NCBI GenBank assembly: GCA_965285935.1
Contig: OZ260666.1
Location: 24,304,001-24,368,000, forward strand
From: Ophelia neglecta
Lineage: Eukaryota
DNA: 64,000 bases
Direction of reading: 5' to 3'
A model generated the notes under the pieces. It did not search any database and was not told the origin of the DNA. It saw nothing but the letters and a program-made list of their open reading frames with translations. A program made the translations under genes and the position numbers. This document shows, piece after piece, positions 51,901 through 64,000 of the stretch (its first letter is position 1; each line of letters begins with the position of its first letter).

Positions 51901-54900
51901 GGGACGATAAGTTGGGGCCTGGTACAGTTCCTTGTTAATGGAGTATGGGGCTCCGTGTGTGACAGTGGCTTTGACGACAGGGACGCCGACGTGATATGTC
52001 GGCAGTCGGGGTATCACAGCGGTGTTAAAGATCGATCATACTGGAGACGCGAAGAAACTGGTCCCATCTGGTATGAAGAACTACAGTGTGACGGGAATGA
52101 AGCTAACATTAACGACTGTAGAAAGAGCATGCTCCGGCCTCACCACTGCACTCATAGAGACGATGCCGCCATTATGTGCCGTAAGTCTTGTCAGAATTGA
52201 GTATAGAAGACAGCTGATTCATTAAGAACTAATGATTAAAACATCACTTTATCAGGGATTTTCAAAGACGCACGGTATCTGTCGTGTCATTTAAAATCCT
52301 TACAAAACTTGAATACTGAATGCTAATTATATTAAAGGTGCTTTATTTTGCAGGTAACAGGCGACCTGTTGTGAAAAACTGTGAGTTTAATTGACCATAC
52401 GGGTTTAATTGGGGTCGTTCTTTTGGTTAGCTTATAGGCAGGAACACACTACCAGAAGGTCCAAAATTGTCGATTTTATGTTGAACATTAAGGTACCACC
52501 ACTATCTGAAGCTGCTTAATTTGCCACACTATCATGTTATTATTACCTTGCAGCAACGGATCTACGTTTGGCTGATGGAACAGATCATTCAGGAAGAGTA
52601 GAGATCCTTGTAGATGGAGCATGGGGAACGGTGTGTGACGACAACTTTGACATTAGGGACGCCTATGTGATATGTCGACAGTTAGGGTTCCAGTCAGGCA
52701 TTGCTAAAAGAGAAGCATTCTTTGGACGTGGAAGTGGCCGTATCTGGTTGGAAAAGTTGGACTGTAATTGGTATGAAGCTAACATCAACGAATGTAAAAA
52801 TAACAAGTGGGGATTGCACAGTTGTTACCACAACGAAGACGCCGGCGTCGTATGCAGTATGTACAGAGGTGTTGAACATGCAGTAGTAACTTGACTTTAC
52901 ACCGCGTATTTCCTACAGTTCCTTCACACAGTAATGTCCCATTTTAGCACTTATCAGATTCCAAAAATGTGTCTTTCTTACAGGTAACGAGACGTATGCT
53001 AGCAACTGTGAGTTTGGCGGAGGCGGTTCAAGCATAATCACATATTTTTTAATGATATCAGATAGTCGTGGATTAGTTAGTTAAGAATAATTTGAATATT
53101 GTGGTTCCTTAGAGGCTAATCACCTTTGCTACAATTACCTGTTGTTTTATTGTTCTTATATTGTCGCCGGCAGCCACGGACATACGTTTGACCCATGGGA
53201 CAAATAGCTCTGGGAGAGTCGAGGTCCTGTTTCTGGGAGAATGGGGTGCCGTGTGTGACAGCCCTTTTGACCACCACGACGTCCAGGTTATATGTCGACA
53301 GTTGGGATTCCAGTTTGGTATCGCAATGAATAATGTTTTCCTAGGACCAGGAAACGGTATTCATTGGTTAGACAACCTGGATTGCATCGGGGATGAATCT
53401 AACATCAACGAGTGTAAAAGGAGTAAGTGGGGAGACCATGAATGCTATCATTGGACCATGAATCCCACCAAAGACGCTGGGGTCATCTGCAGTGAGTTTA
53501 TCATACTCTTTTGGATCGAGTCATTACTAGACATAAAAATTACTCTATACATACGTGGAATATCCATATGATCAGATGAGTGTGTGTGATTTATCCAACT
53601 ATGCTTTTACTCTTTTACAGGCAACGATACATTTGAAAGGGAAGACTGTAAGTTGATTAGAGCCAGTTGGTTGAAGGAATCCGTGTCAATCCTTGATGAT
53701 AGTACACACTTAATAAAACATTCAATGTGAATATTTACCCTCGACAATTCACTTTGTTTCTTCTCTAATAAGGAAGTACCGTGTTTCTTTGCCAACAGCT
53801 ACTGACCTGCGCTTGGTAAATGGAACTGATCGCTCGGGAAGAGTGGAGATACTCTTTAACGGGATATGGGGCACTGTATGTGACAACCACTTTGACAAGA
53901 ACGATGCCGAGGTTATATGCCGACAGTTGGGTTTTCCTGGCGGTATAGGTTTGAGGAGGGCATTCTTTGGGGAAGGAACCGGCGCAATTTGGTTGTCCAA
54001 ACTGGACTGTAGTGGCTATGAGGCCAACATCAACGGATGTACCAAGAGCAAGTGGGGAGAAAACTTCTATGACTGTGTTCATAGTTATGACGCTTCTGTA
54101 CACTGCTTTCTGAGTAAATATCTATTTGTATTTTAACGTGCTATTCGAATTTCTTTACAAGTGCTCTCTTTATTTGGATGAAAACTTTCCGAATATTAAA
54201 TACATTTGTAATATTCCTTATATTGAAAGTATACAATATGATTTTTTCAGACAACGACACAATTGATGCGGACGGTGAGTTTACACTTACGGCACATATT
54301 GTCCAGCTTCTTTGGTGTATTGCATAAACAGAAACAATCTTTATTAAAACAGTATCCACTAAGACTTACATATTAAGTCTAAGCCTCAAACGAGTAACAT
54401 ATTTCATACACATAACTGCCTTGTTATTCTACTAATAGCCACCGACATACGACTGATTGATGGAACAAATAGTTCTGGAAGAGTCGAAGTCCTTGTTGAC
54501 GGAATCTGGGGCACTGTGTGTCATAGTCGTTCTGGCAGCTATAACGAAGCGTTGGTGATATGTCGCCAGTTGGGTTTCTCGTGGGGCTGGCCGAGCAGAA
54601 ACGTCGTTCGTGGAAGTGGACTTATCTGGCTGAGTGGACTGAAGTGCAACGGGAATGAAGCTAACATTAATGAATGTGCAAGGAATCAGTGGGGAGACCA
54701 TACGTGCGAACACTACTCGGACTTCGGTGTCGAGTGTTGTAAGTATATTTCCTTTTCGTCCCACTCACATTCAACTGGAATCTCAACAAAGTTCAACAGC
54801 ATATGCACTAATGTCATCAATTATTTGTTCTGGGTAAGGTATATTTATTTTTGTTCAATAATCAGTAATTATATGGATAGAACGTAGCAATGCTACCGAT

Positions 54901-55069
54901 ATTTAAAGATTCAGTGACACAGAAACTAGTGATAGAAATAAGAAATGATCCCCTGGAGTAATTAATATGAACCGGCTTTTCAATGCCAGGTATTCGTATA
55001 AGAAATAATTTTATGATTTATACCTATAAACGTTGTATATATTTCTTTCTAGACGGCCAGCCGATATAG
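48932..55069 (+). CDS. Secreted trefoil (P-type) + 6x SRCR protein (DMBT1-like scavenger-receptor family), 14 exons, ~746 aa
   Basis: Exons 48932-49024 (signal peptide MRIMRFFHSVTLSAFLLTVIQVNG), 49986-50151 (trefoil CSGALDARKACG..C..GCCW..PSCF), SRCR exons 50934-51236, 51878-52180, 52554-52856, 53174-53491, 53799-54113, 54439-54738, linker micro-exons 51371-51391, 52354-52380, 52984-53007, 53621-53647, 54251-54274, terminal exon 55053-55069 (YGQPI*). All introns are GT-AG and phase-consistent (2241 nt). AATAAA at 55311. Confidence 0.9.
50172..50389. mobile_element. Intronic MITE with 8-bp TSD
   Basis: TIRs ggcttttgattaaaagcggaggc / gcctccgcgtttaaacaatagcc; ataatttt at 50164-50171 and 50390-50397; internal taaccct motifs. 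Confidence 0.8.
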
Positions 55070-55485
55070 TAACATATCTAGGCTTCGATTACATTTGAGT
55101 AAAAGGGCACAGTTTACTAAGCTGAAACATTTGGAAAAACCTAAGTAAAACAGGCCATGCTACAAAAGAACATCTTTTAAATGCAGTCAAAATGCACATC
55201 GTATACCCTCTGTAAATCACCCGCTCATTAATTGTTTTTAAATATAATGCGATATAATAATCAATTGTGGAGTACAGTCGGTGGCGGGAGAGTTGTGCAT
55301 CACCTTTCCAAATAAAACCAGTGCCATATTGATAATCTGAATCGTATTAAATTCAATAAAACCCAGCTCCGAAATAACCATCCTCCCGGGATGCACAATG
55401 ATTATTGCTTCCTCTAACCATAAATAAAATTATACAAAGGGTAAGGTGGCGAATTGTCTTTCATGAGATACATTGAATTGCGTTA

Positions 55486-55778
55486 TTTGTTGTTGTTGTT
55501 GTTTGGGGTTTTAAGTGGCTTTCAACACATATATGGTCATAACGCCACTGTGCCTACTTGTGACAGTGGGCTCAATGCCCTCTTTACAGTGCTGCCTCAC
55601 ATGAGTACCTATCGTATACACCAGACAGGGAACCCCACCCAGTCACATTATACTGACAAGGGTTGATTAGTCCTGATACTACCCCCGATATACCGGGCGC
55701 CTGGCGGGGGAGCTATCAGTACCTATTTTTACGACCTGGGTTGGACGCGATCGAGATTTGAACCCCGATCTATATAAC
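55486..55778 (-). mobile_element. tRNA-derived SINE, 5'-truncated
   Basis: Minus strand has a B-box (ggttcaaatc), a central tgtcagtataatgtgactgggtgggg segment resembling the Nin/Deu-type SINE domain, and a (caa)n tail. 12-bp TSD tgaattgcgtta at 55474-55485 and 55779-55790. Confidence 0.85.
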
Positions 55779-58110
55779 TGAATTGCGTTAGAAGATAAAT
55801 CTATTGTACGAGAAGCAGAGTCAACCAATTCGTTCAAACTTATAAACTTACTGACATTCCCAAGTAAACGTGGTTTTTTGATATATATTTATATTTATCC
55901 TTGTTAATGCATGGACTGCTGTCATGTGCTTTTTTAATCTCCCCAGAATGGAGACTGAATTAAAAACTATTCATTGTGGTTAATTTATAACTTGTACGCA
56001 TATCTATCAATAATATCAGCTCAGTTTTGAACTCTTTTGTTGGCTACCCATGCCGGCCTATTTTTATGACCCAATGGCATCATGCATCCCATATATAAAT
56101 GTCAGGTTAGACTTTACCTCTAAATATAACATTGCAACCCTGGGCTTGTAACATCATAATATGAATACTAGTGACTATGACTTGATAATTAGCAATGTAA
56201 CACGGACACGCTAGCTTCGGTTAACTCGCTATATTATTTACCAGGCCCTTGGTCTAAAGAAATACGACATGACAAGCTAATATAGGGATTCTGTATCCTG
56301 GGTAATATACTTCTAATGTAGTTCTCGGCAATAAGAGACCCTAGAAATATTATATATTGTAAGATTGTTTGCCTCAATAGTGTTGGTGTGAATAGACAGA
56401 TGTCGCTATCCCAAGTGTTCCGGCAATGTTCCGTAATTTAATGATTTCTACGTATAAACACATTTACAATCATTACGGATACACTTTTGAATAAGGAACA
56501 TTTATCATCTAAATGTTATCGTTAAGCGTCGTCCGCTGGACACCATTTGGTTTAAATGCATGGATTCTGTGTCGTTTCCTGTGCCCGCTTTCGGCACGTG
56601 AAAATTGATAAATTAAAGTGCCCTAGGAAATATCCCATTTTTAGTAATCCAACGAGTTTAATTGTACCATCCCTATGAAAAGTTTAATAATTGATCAATT
56701 AATTTTATATCTTCTCATCAACAACATATCGACATATGGTCAATTACAATTTTTATCCACACTGATGGTTGGAAATAGTTGTGTAAAATACTAACAAGCC
56801 CTGGTACAATAGTACAATATATTTTCAAGCTACGTGTATGTTTATTCATATTCTTGTCACAATTGAAGCTTAGCAAACGAGACTTCATTTCAACTACAAT
56901 CTGTTATAATTATGCCTTTTTGTTCACCAGTAACACTTAAACCACAGGTTTTCTTTCACTATGAGCTATACTACTTAAATTGTGTCTAGTTTCTATATAA
57001 AACAAATACCTACAAAATACCATAAAATATACGTCGTAAGATTTTCAGCCTTAGCGTCACATTTGAACAAGGATCATTTTTGGTCTCTATATCAGAATTT
57101 TATTGGTAGCAAGTACGAGCATTTGACAATCCACAACTCGCCACGATGTTTGTCAAGCATGTGCCTTTCTTAGGCTTTACATAAAAAATCTTGTTTCATA
57201 TAAGGATAGCAAACTACTTATATACGACGTATGTAGAGGTATATTAGTTTCATTTAAACCGATAAATCAATAGAGATAGTAGTATGAACAAAGGCACTAT
57301 TCCGCCGCAGTAAATAATATATCAAATAAGATGTATATGCAATGGTACCATCCTTACAACGACATATTGTGTTTATGTATCACGAGCTTTCCTTATTTAT
57401 GACATAAACACATCATTGCTTTATAATTCTGGTAACTTGGAGGGTCGAACTGCTTTGTAAGTGAGAGTTTAAGCGGAAGAGAAATATTTTTAAACATAGT
57501 TATCGTATCGCTTTATGTTCGTCGAAAAACTGTCAACCTATCCAAACACAACTATGTCGAGCGTTCTTCTACAGCGTAAAAGATAAGTATAATGACTATG
57601 CAAACCAATTTACATTGGATTCAAAAGTAGCTCAGAACAAACGAGATATACCATAGGCCTACATGGTATAAATTATAATACTACAAATATACAAGACGAA
57701 ATATACCTAACCCTTTATGAATATGTGTTTGTGAATAAAAAAATCATTTTCCCATTCCTATTGAATTTCTGTTCGACTTGAAAGAAAATAAATGATTATT
57801 ATTCAAGATGTTAAAATTCTTAAAATAACTTATAGTAAACTTCCACGTATAGCCACAATTCATGGTGAACAACTAAGTGTGTACTTCTAAACTGTATCTG
57901 CATTTACGCTGACACACTGGACACCAAATCTTAATGTTTCGTATCGGTATGCTATGCACATGTAATACGACTATACTTTCTGGGTTATACTATATTCACA
58001 TAAAACTGCTTTAAAAAGTCGGTGACTATTTTTGTCCATGTCTATATTCGTACAAGCACCTAGATGCAGCCTTTTGAGATGTTAGCTAAGGCTTTTACAT
58101 TTATATGGAA

Positions 58111-60913
58111 TCAGGAGACCACTCTCTTCCGGTGGTCCACGTTGAACTTATTGATGTTTAGGCTTCTCCATTCGTTTCCCATTAGAAAGCCTTTGTAATT
58201 ATCGCTGACGGAGGTAGCTCTCTGACCGAGGTCTGACATTCCAGTACTGACGCTTGTTGCGCCCATGAGATTTCCAGTTCTGCAGCTAATCATAGCCCCC
58301 AGCGTCTGTCTGAACACGCGGCCGAAGACGCAGTACAAAAAGAAGTTGATGGCATTGTTGAGAACAAATAGCTGATAGGTTATAGCGTATGCCATAAGGG
58401 ATTTTGCCCTAGTGTCCGGATTCGGCCAAATGATATTTCAATACATCAGACCGTTGACGTAGATGCTAATCAAATATTAAAGGTGAAAATGTTGTATTTT
58501 ACAAATTTTGGGGGGGGGGGATTGTGTGGGTACCCGACAGGGCTGTCATTTGAGCTCAATTTTCTTCTTCATGTACGTTGACATGCTCACTCAGTTATGC
58601 AATGACAGAAACTGTAGGAGAGTGTATACCAGTACTATGATGTCAATGGATGCTGATTATATTGCCAAGTGCTCTGATAGTGTATGCAGAATGCACAGGT
58701 TGATTAATGTATTGTCCCAGTTTTATCATAAGTTTGGGGTCAATTTTAATCTTTCTAAGATTGAAGTTTTGGTGTTTCGCAGAGCTGGGACTTTAAAGAA
58801 AAATTAAAGGTGGTATTAAAGGGATGGTCCTATTGAATGTGTTAGCAAGTATAAATATCTGTGCCTCGTAAGAAACCCAAAACCACAACCAAAAAGCGGA
58901 CTCTGTCTCAGGAAACTTTAGCAGCACAGGGACAGAGGGTTATATTTATCATCAAACTGGTGTCGCGAAAGCGTGGAGGACTAAGTCCTAGTAAATGATT
59001 TATTTGACAAAACTGTTAAATCTATAATATTGTATGTGTCAGAAATGTGCGGGTATAACATGCACAAATGTATTGTAGACGTGCAGAGCGGATACTGTAC
59101 ATGTGTGTTTGGCCTGTCTTTAATGCTGCTTCGCTTGGACGGTGTAGACGACTTTAATTAGAGGTTGATACTTTCTGTTTAATTGTAAATTATTGGGCAA
59201 AACGTGTCATATCTGACCCAGAGTCCCTGACAAACAGTTGTTATCTATTGCAAAAGGGTATGAATGTTGCTTGACGAAATAAGTTGTGTTCCAGTGTTAG
59301 ACACATATTATTAAGACATGGGTTTGAAAATGAATGGAAATCAAAGTACTGATGACACGTATGAAATTTTCAAACATCTGAAAGATTTCAATTTATTTGG
59401 TTTGAAAATGTGGAGGAAAATGGTAAACATGAGTTGCATAGTAGTTTTAAAACAACATTATCTAATATATATACTTTATTAGGGCTCTGAAAAAATTGAA
59501 ATCATATTATGACCATAATCTTATGATGAATGAAGGGCGATAGCAGGGATTTTATGAGACTCTGCTACTTATGTAAAAACACCTTAAATGTAGAAGTTAT
59601 TTTTTTATTGTGAGGTACATTTTGTTGCAACCTGCACTCTCTATAGAGACGTCAGTTATTTTTAAGCATTGTCGTCACAAGGATGATGGTTTCAGGTTTT
59701 TATTGAACTGGTAAGTGAAATAGATTTGATTTATGATTTAGCAGTTCTTGTCCATAGTGCATTCAACCTGCATTTTAAATAATTGTTGAACATCTACCAG
59801 TTGGTATCATTCTTGTGTTATCTATTAGTATATGATGGTGGCCAGTTGGGCGGTAGCCTGCCGTTGTTACATGATAATTAATCTACAATAACAGGATTTT
59901 TGACTTGGTACAGATGGTGTTCTAATTGACATAATTTTAATGTCGGTCTTAAATTTTACCGTTTGTATAAAATGAGCCCATATATTTAGGACAGCTTTAG
60001 CAAAAATATATCATGTTCCGCCCCCAGAAGGATATCACACCTCAAGTCCACCGTATCGCCAGATAAGTCTTAGTAATACAATGCACTCATCTTTTACCTT
60101 ACACCAGGTATACTACAAAACCACGTTTGGGAAAATGGTCACTACCACCACTGTCCCACAACCCACATTATTCCACCCCTAGGTTCAGAACAAAGTTTGG
60201 ATATTGTTGTGGACACCCAAAGTCATGTTTGCGTCTCAAGTGGTCCAAAACAAGACTAAAAAGCCCTTTCCCTGACCCCGAAACATCTGGATGCTTCCCT
60301 ACCCATAACATGACTGAAGGGTAAAAAAGAGAGGACTTGCAGCACCCCACGTTTTCTATAAGATACAAAATGTACCGAACTGAAAATTAAGCTGTTATGA
60401 AATAAATCACTAGCTTTGTTCACACCACAGTCTTGCACGAACATGTTTCTTTTTTTTTTATTCCCAAAGAACATTTTAATTCCGAGGAAGGTGTGATATC
60501 ATCTGAAGCCCGACAAGCTTCCATTGCAACCTATATATTATACTTTTCTTAGGGCTGATAAGTTATAACATATACTAAGCTGTCCAATCGAATTGAAAAG
60601 CACATAGAATCGCAACAGACTGGTGTACAATAAGCCCAAGTCTGCTACTGCGAGGGCTGTTAGCACACAGTTGGTACCTGAAGAGCGCATATGCCGTGAC
60701 CGGAGGACGACAATGGCCAGGATCTTGTTGTTGGTTTCCAACACGAGGATGACGAGGGAGCAGTGGCTGAACAACGAGGACGCGTACGCGTACGGTATAT
60801 CAGCGTCAGGCAACCAAAGACGAGACTCTCACCAACGAAATGCCGTTCGAACGACGTTTCTAGAAGCAGTATTCGCGGAGATATGTTGTTTTGTTTCCCA
60901 GAGATAATTCCAT
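58111..60913 (-). pseudogene. Class A peptide GPCR pseudogene (FMRFamide/sex-peptide-receptor-like), split by a LINE relic
   Basis: 5' part (60538-60913): TM1-TM2 ILAIVVLRSRHMRSSGTNCVLTALAVADLGLLY, with a degenerate GN motif and an upstream stop/frameshift. 3' part (58111-58470): TM7 LFVLNNAINFFLYCVFGRVFRQTL, with an in-frame TGA just upstream. TM3-TM5 were not found. Confidence 0.8.
58510..59890 (+). mobile_element. Degenerate LINE (CR1/L2-like) ORF2 relic
   Basis: GTRQGCHLSSIFFFMYVD, decayed YADD (DADY), FGVNFNLSKIEVLVFR, KYKYL and a late EVHFVATC knuckle, with many stops. Confidence 0.82.
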
Positions 60914-61349
60914 GAAAAGTGCCGTTTTTGCCGAGAGGCCGGTCGATTTGACCCAGACATTATTGGCTACAACATGGCATCATTTCAGCCAATCAGATGC
61001 ATGGCGTGCAAACAGAGAGAAATATACAGGGAGAGGGGCCCTTCCTATGCAAACAAAACAGATAGAAATATACAGGCTGAGGGTCCCTTCCTATGCAAAC
61101 ATTCTCCTGTCAACATCGCTGAAGCTGTTATAGACACCGGGGGGTAGTGTTGAAACTTACATCGGAAAAGAAAGAAAATAGGCCTTTAGAGATAAATAAA
61201 CGACATGAACAGTTAGAGGAAGAATCAGAGTTCAGGTTGCAGTGACGTAATAGGACTTTCCCCATGCAGTGGCGCCCCCTGTTGGGCTGTTCTAGAGCTT
61301 TCAGGACCGATAAAAATATCTGGTTATCTGGCCTGTGATTGGCCAAAAT

Positions 61350-63083
61350 AGCTAGACGAGCTGTATAGCATGCTGGACTATGTGTTATTTATAAAATAGA
61401 CTTAAGGTCTTATCATTTAGGAATAATTGATAGACGCATACTGGTATTGTTGGCGCAATGGTGGCCATGGCAAAGACATGTCACACTTTTTGCGCGGGTC
61501 ATTTTTTGGAGGCCGGCAGCCATTTGGACGTAAAGAGAGGAAAAAATGATCATTTCTTCAAGCTCACGTAGAAAAAAATTTGCCAACTAATGCTATCCTC
61601 ATTTTTTGATATGTTGTTGTCTTAACTGGTGTCTTTCAGCGACACACATCAGCTAAGCCCGAGCAATATCGTGACTAGGTGAAAAACGACCAGCTAGGCA
61701 CGCGATTTAACATGTAAGAGATAGGGATTTTAATTACGTCCCTGCAACCTACAGGGCAAGACCATCAGTTTAGCATTTGACCGCAAGGTGGCGCTAGCAA
61801 AGCATGTAGAACATAGGCCATTCTGAAGCACCCGAAAAACAAGGTGTTTTCATTGCGCACGCGTGTTGGCATAGAAATAAAAGGTAATCTCAAAAAAAAA
61901 GAGTGCAAAAGTTAGAGCTTGGATTTCTCTACAATATGGCGCCAGTAGTTCATGCGTCGGACGCACGGTGTCGCCACTGGATTTTTTCAAAAACAGAGAT
62001 GTCGGCAAGAAGTGAAAATTTCTATTTTCGGCATCCGCATGCGCAGAGCAAAACTGTTGATAGGTACTGATAGGGTACCTTATGGGGGCCATTTAGGTTT
62101 TTACTAGGCATCGCTATCACTTCTAGTTACGTCACAATCACGCAATATGTGTCGAAAATGACGAAAAGTGGGTGTCAGAAAACTGCTAAGAATCGCATAA
62201 AAACGACACTGGAGCGATAAAGGAGCAATCCGGAAGCGCAAAAACACATTTTCGTCGATATCTCGCGACTTCCGGTAGGCACACTCCCAAAAAATTGCAC
62301 ACAAATAAAGATCCCGTCCTTACACATTGTGTGGAAATTTGACGGTGATCGGCCAAATATTGCGACCTGCAGCTCGTGCCGACTGATTTGGCCAAAATGG
62401 CGAAATTTTCAATGGGCGATTTGCCCGCGAAATAATCGGGCGATTTTCACGATCGCGACGGTTTTGGGATCGGTATCACCCACTCTTACAGAATCGGTTG
62501 TTGTTTAGGCTTGTTTCGAAAAAAAGTGTTTTTTGCAAAAGTAGCAAAAAGTCGAAATTTCAATCTGCGCAGTTTGCGCATGCGCATCAAATTTTATTTG
62601 ACCATTAGAAAGCGGAGGCCAAAAGATTCACTTTTATTCAGTGCCTAATTAAGCGAGATACGGGCCACGAGACTTGAAACGAGATTTGGCCTGTATCTCA
62701 AAAACTAAGCTTCTGAGCGCTTAACGGACGAAATTACGGATGAATAAACCGGGTTTCCTACTTTTTTAAATCCGACAGATCGGTACCGGCGATTTGGCTG
62801 TGCGACGCACCATCGCGATTTGGCGACCCCGTGACCGACGCTCACTGCTTTTCGGGCCGATTTTCGACCTTTTCGGCGATAACTTCCGAACCGCTGGGCC
62901 GAATATCACCATCTACGAAAAGAACCGAGAGTTTGGGGGCATACACGATCTCTGAAAAATTGAAGACGATCCGACGCGAATTGCGACCTGTATCGCGTTA
63001 CGCTCGACCCCGTACAAGCATACAGATGGACACGACCGAGGCGTATATATCAGCGCCAGCAGCGAAGCTGCGCGCTGATATAA
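61350..63083 (+). mobile_element. Probable non-autonomous Helentron/Helitron-like element (5' end uncertain)
   Basis: CpG-rich non-coding block ending in the stem-loop tatatcagcgc-ca-gcagc-gaa-gctgc-gcgctgatata (63046-63081). Family assignment is by resemblance only. Confidence 0.45.
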
Positions 63084-63270
63084 TGACACATAAACGCCAT
63101 ACTGCTGTCGCATTCCGATTGCTAAGGTCAGAGTCATAGGTAGGAACTGCAGAAGTAAATCTACTTGTTCCTATGAAGTGTTGATGAGGAATTGAGATGC
63201 TGCCATGGTATCTTAGAGAGGTAATGATATAATTTAAATTTTCAATCCGAGTATGCGAAAAAGAAAATTA

Positions 63271-63682
63271 GGGGCGATCCATTAGATTGTGTGTGTGTGG
63301 GGGGGGGGGGGACATTTTACTTTGGAACAAACTTTTTATTTTTCAAGAAGTAAACTCAATATTTTTATTTTTTTTTGAGCAAAATGAAGCAAACAATCTA
63401 TTTTTCCTGGATTTTCAGACAAACACTTTTTTTCAACGCTAGTCTACAGATGCAAGCAAAGCATGATTAGCTGCATAGGTGGATGGAGCAATTTGTTTTG
63501 AAATTTACTTTAGACCTGTTTTTGACACATGTGAACCAAAAACGAACTTTTTTTCTAACTTTCCCCAGCACACTTTTTTTCCTCCAATCATCAAAGCAAA
63601 CAATTTTCCTGGAAATTGGGAACAAACAATTTTTTCTCAAATACTTGAAACGCCCCCCTCACAGAATCAAATGAATCGCCCC
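63271..63682. mobile_element. PIF/Harbinger (Tourist-like) MITE
   Basis: TIRs ggggcgatccattagatt / aatcaaatgaatcgcccc, with a 3-bp TTA TSD at 63268-63270 and 63683-63685. Confidence 0.85.
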
Positions 63683-64000
63683 TTAGTGAAATGATTGAAA
63701 ATGCGCAAAGGTAACAGTATTCCCATAACCTTAGCTACGTCTAAAAGAATATACTGAAAATATAATATACTAAAGCATATTGGATCAATCATGTACAGCT
63801 AAAAACATGAATTTTTCACAGGGAATTAACTTCGCGAAAGACCATCATTCGGAGCAAGCATTTCAAGCCCCTTTAGAATATGCATATTGGAAGCATATTA
63901 CTATTTGATAGGTATACCTGTTTATACAAAATCTGGTTGAGAAACAGAGAGCTTTTGCATATAGTGTGACCCCTGAATAAAAGTTTTTTAATACAATTTT

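Noticed and set aside
61850-63694. ORFs of 60-100 aa in the CpG-rich right end
   Set aside because: No domain motifs or splice structure; they fall inside non-autonomous transposon sequence.

Overview
AT-rich, intron-rich invertebrate metazoan DNA; a lophotrochozoan is a guess from the repeat landscape. (1) A recent segmental duplication (about 1-14526 vs 26339-40876) carries two apparently intact 25-exon genes for a CACHD1/alpha2delta-like type-I membrane protein: signal peptide, VWA with a canonical MIDAS, two dCache modules, TM and a cytoplasmic 11-aa VNTR. (2) Exactly where homology between the copies ends, a 4.8-kb tyrosine-recombinase-type (Ngaro/DIRS-group) retroelement begins (14526-19334, minus strand). 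It has near-identical split direct repeats, an open SGNH-hydrolase ORF upstream of a Gag ORF, and no RT, RNase H or recombinase. (3) A 55-bp satellite with an ~821-bp higher-order repeat (22174-25113). (4) A second, decayed YR element (42450-44745) that shares cis motifs with the first, and a Gypsy pol relic with an internal inversion. (5) A 14-exon gene for a secreted protein with a trefoil domain fused to six SRCR domains joined by micro-exon linkers (48932-55069). (6) A GPCR pseudogene interrupted by a LINE relic, plus several MITEs and a SINE. Exon models and counts were derived by eye; no database searches were run.
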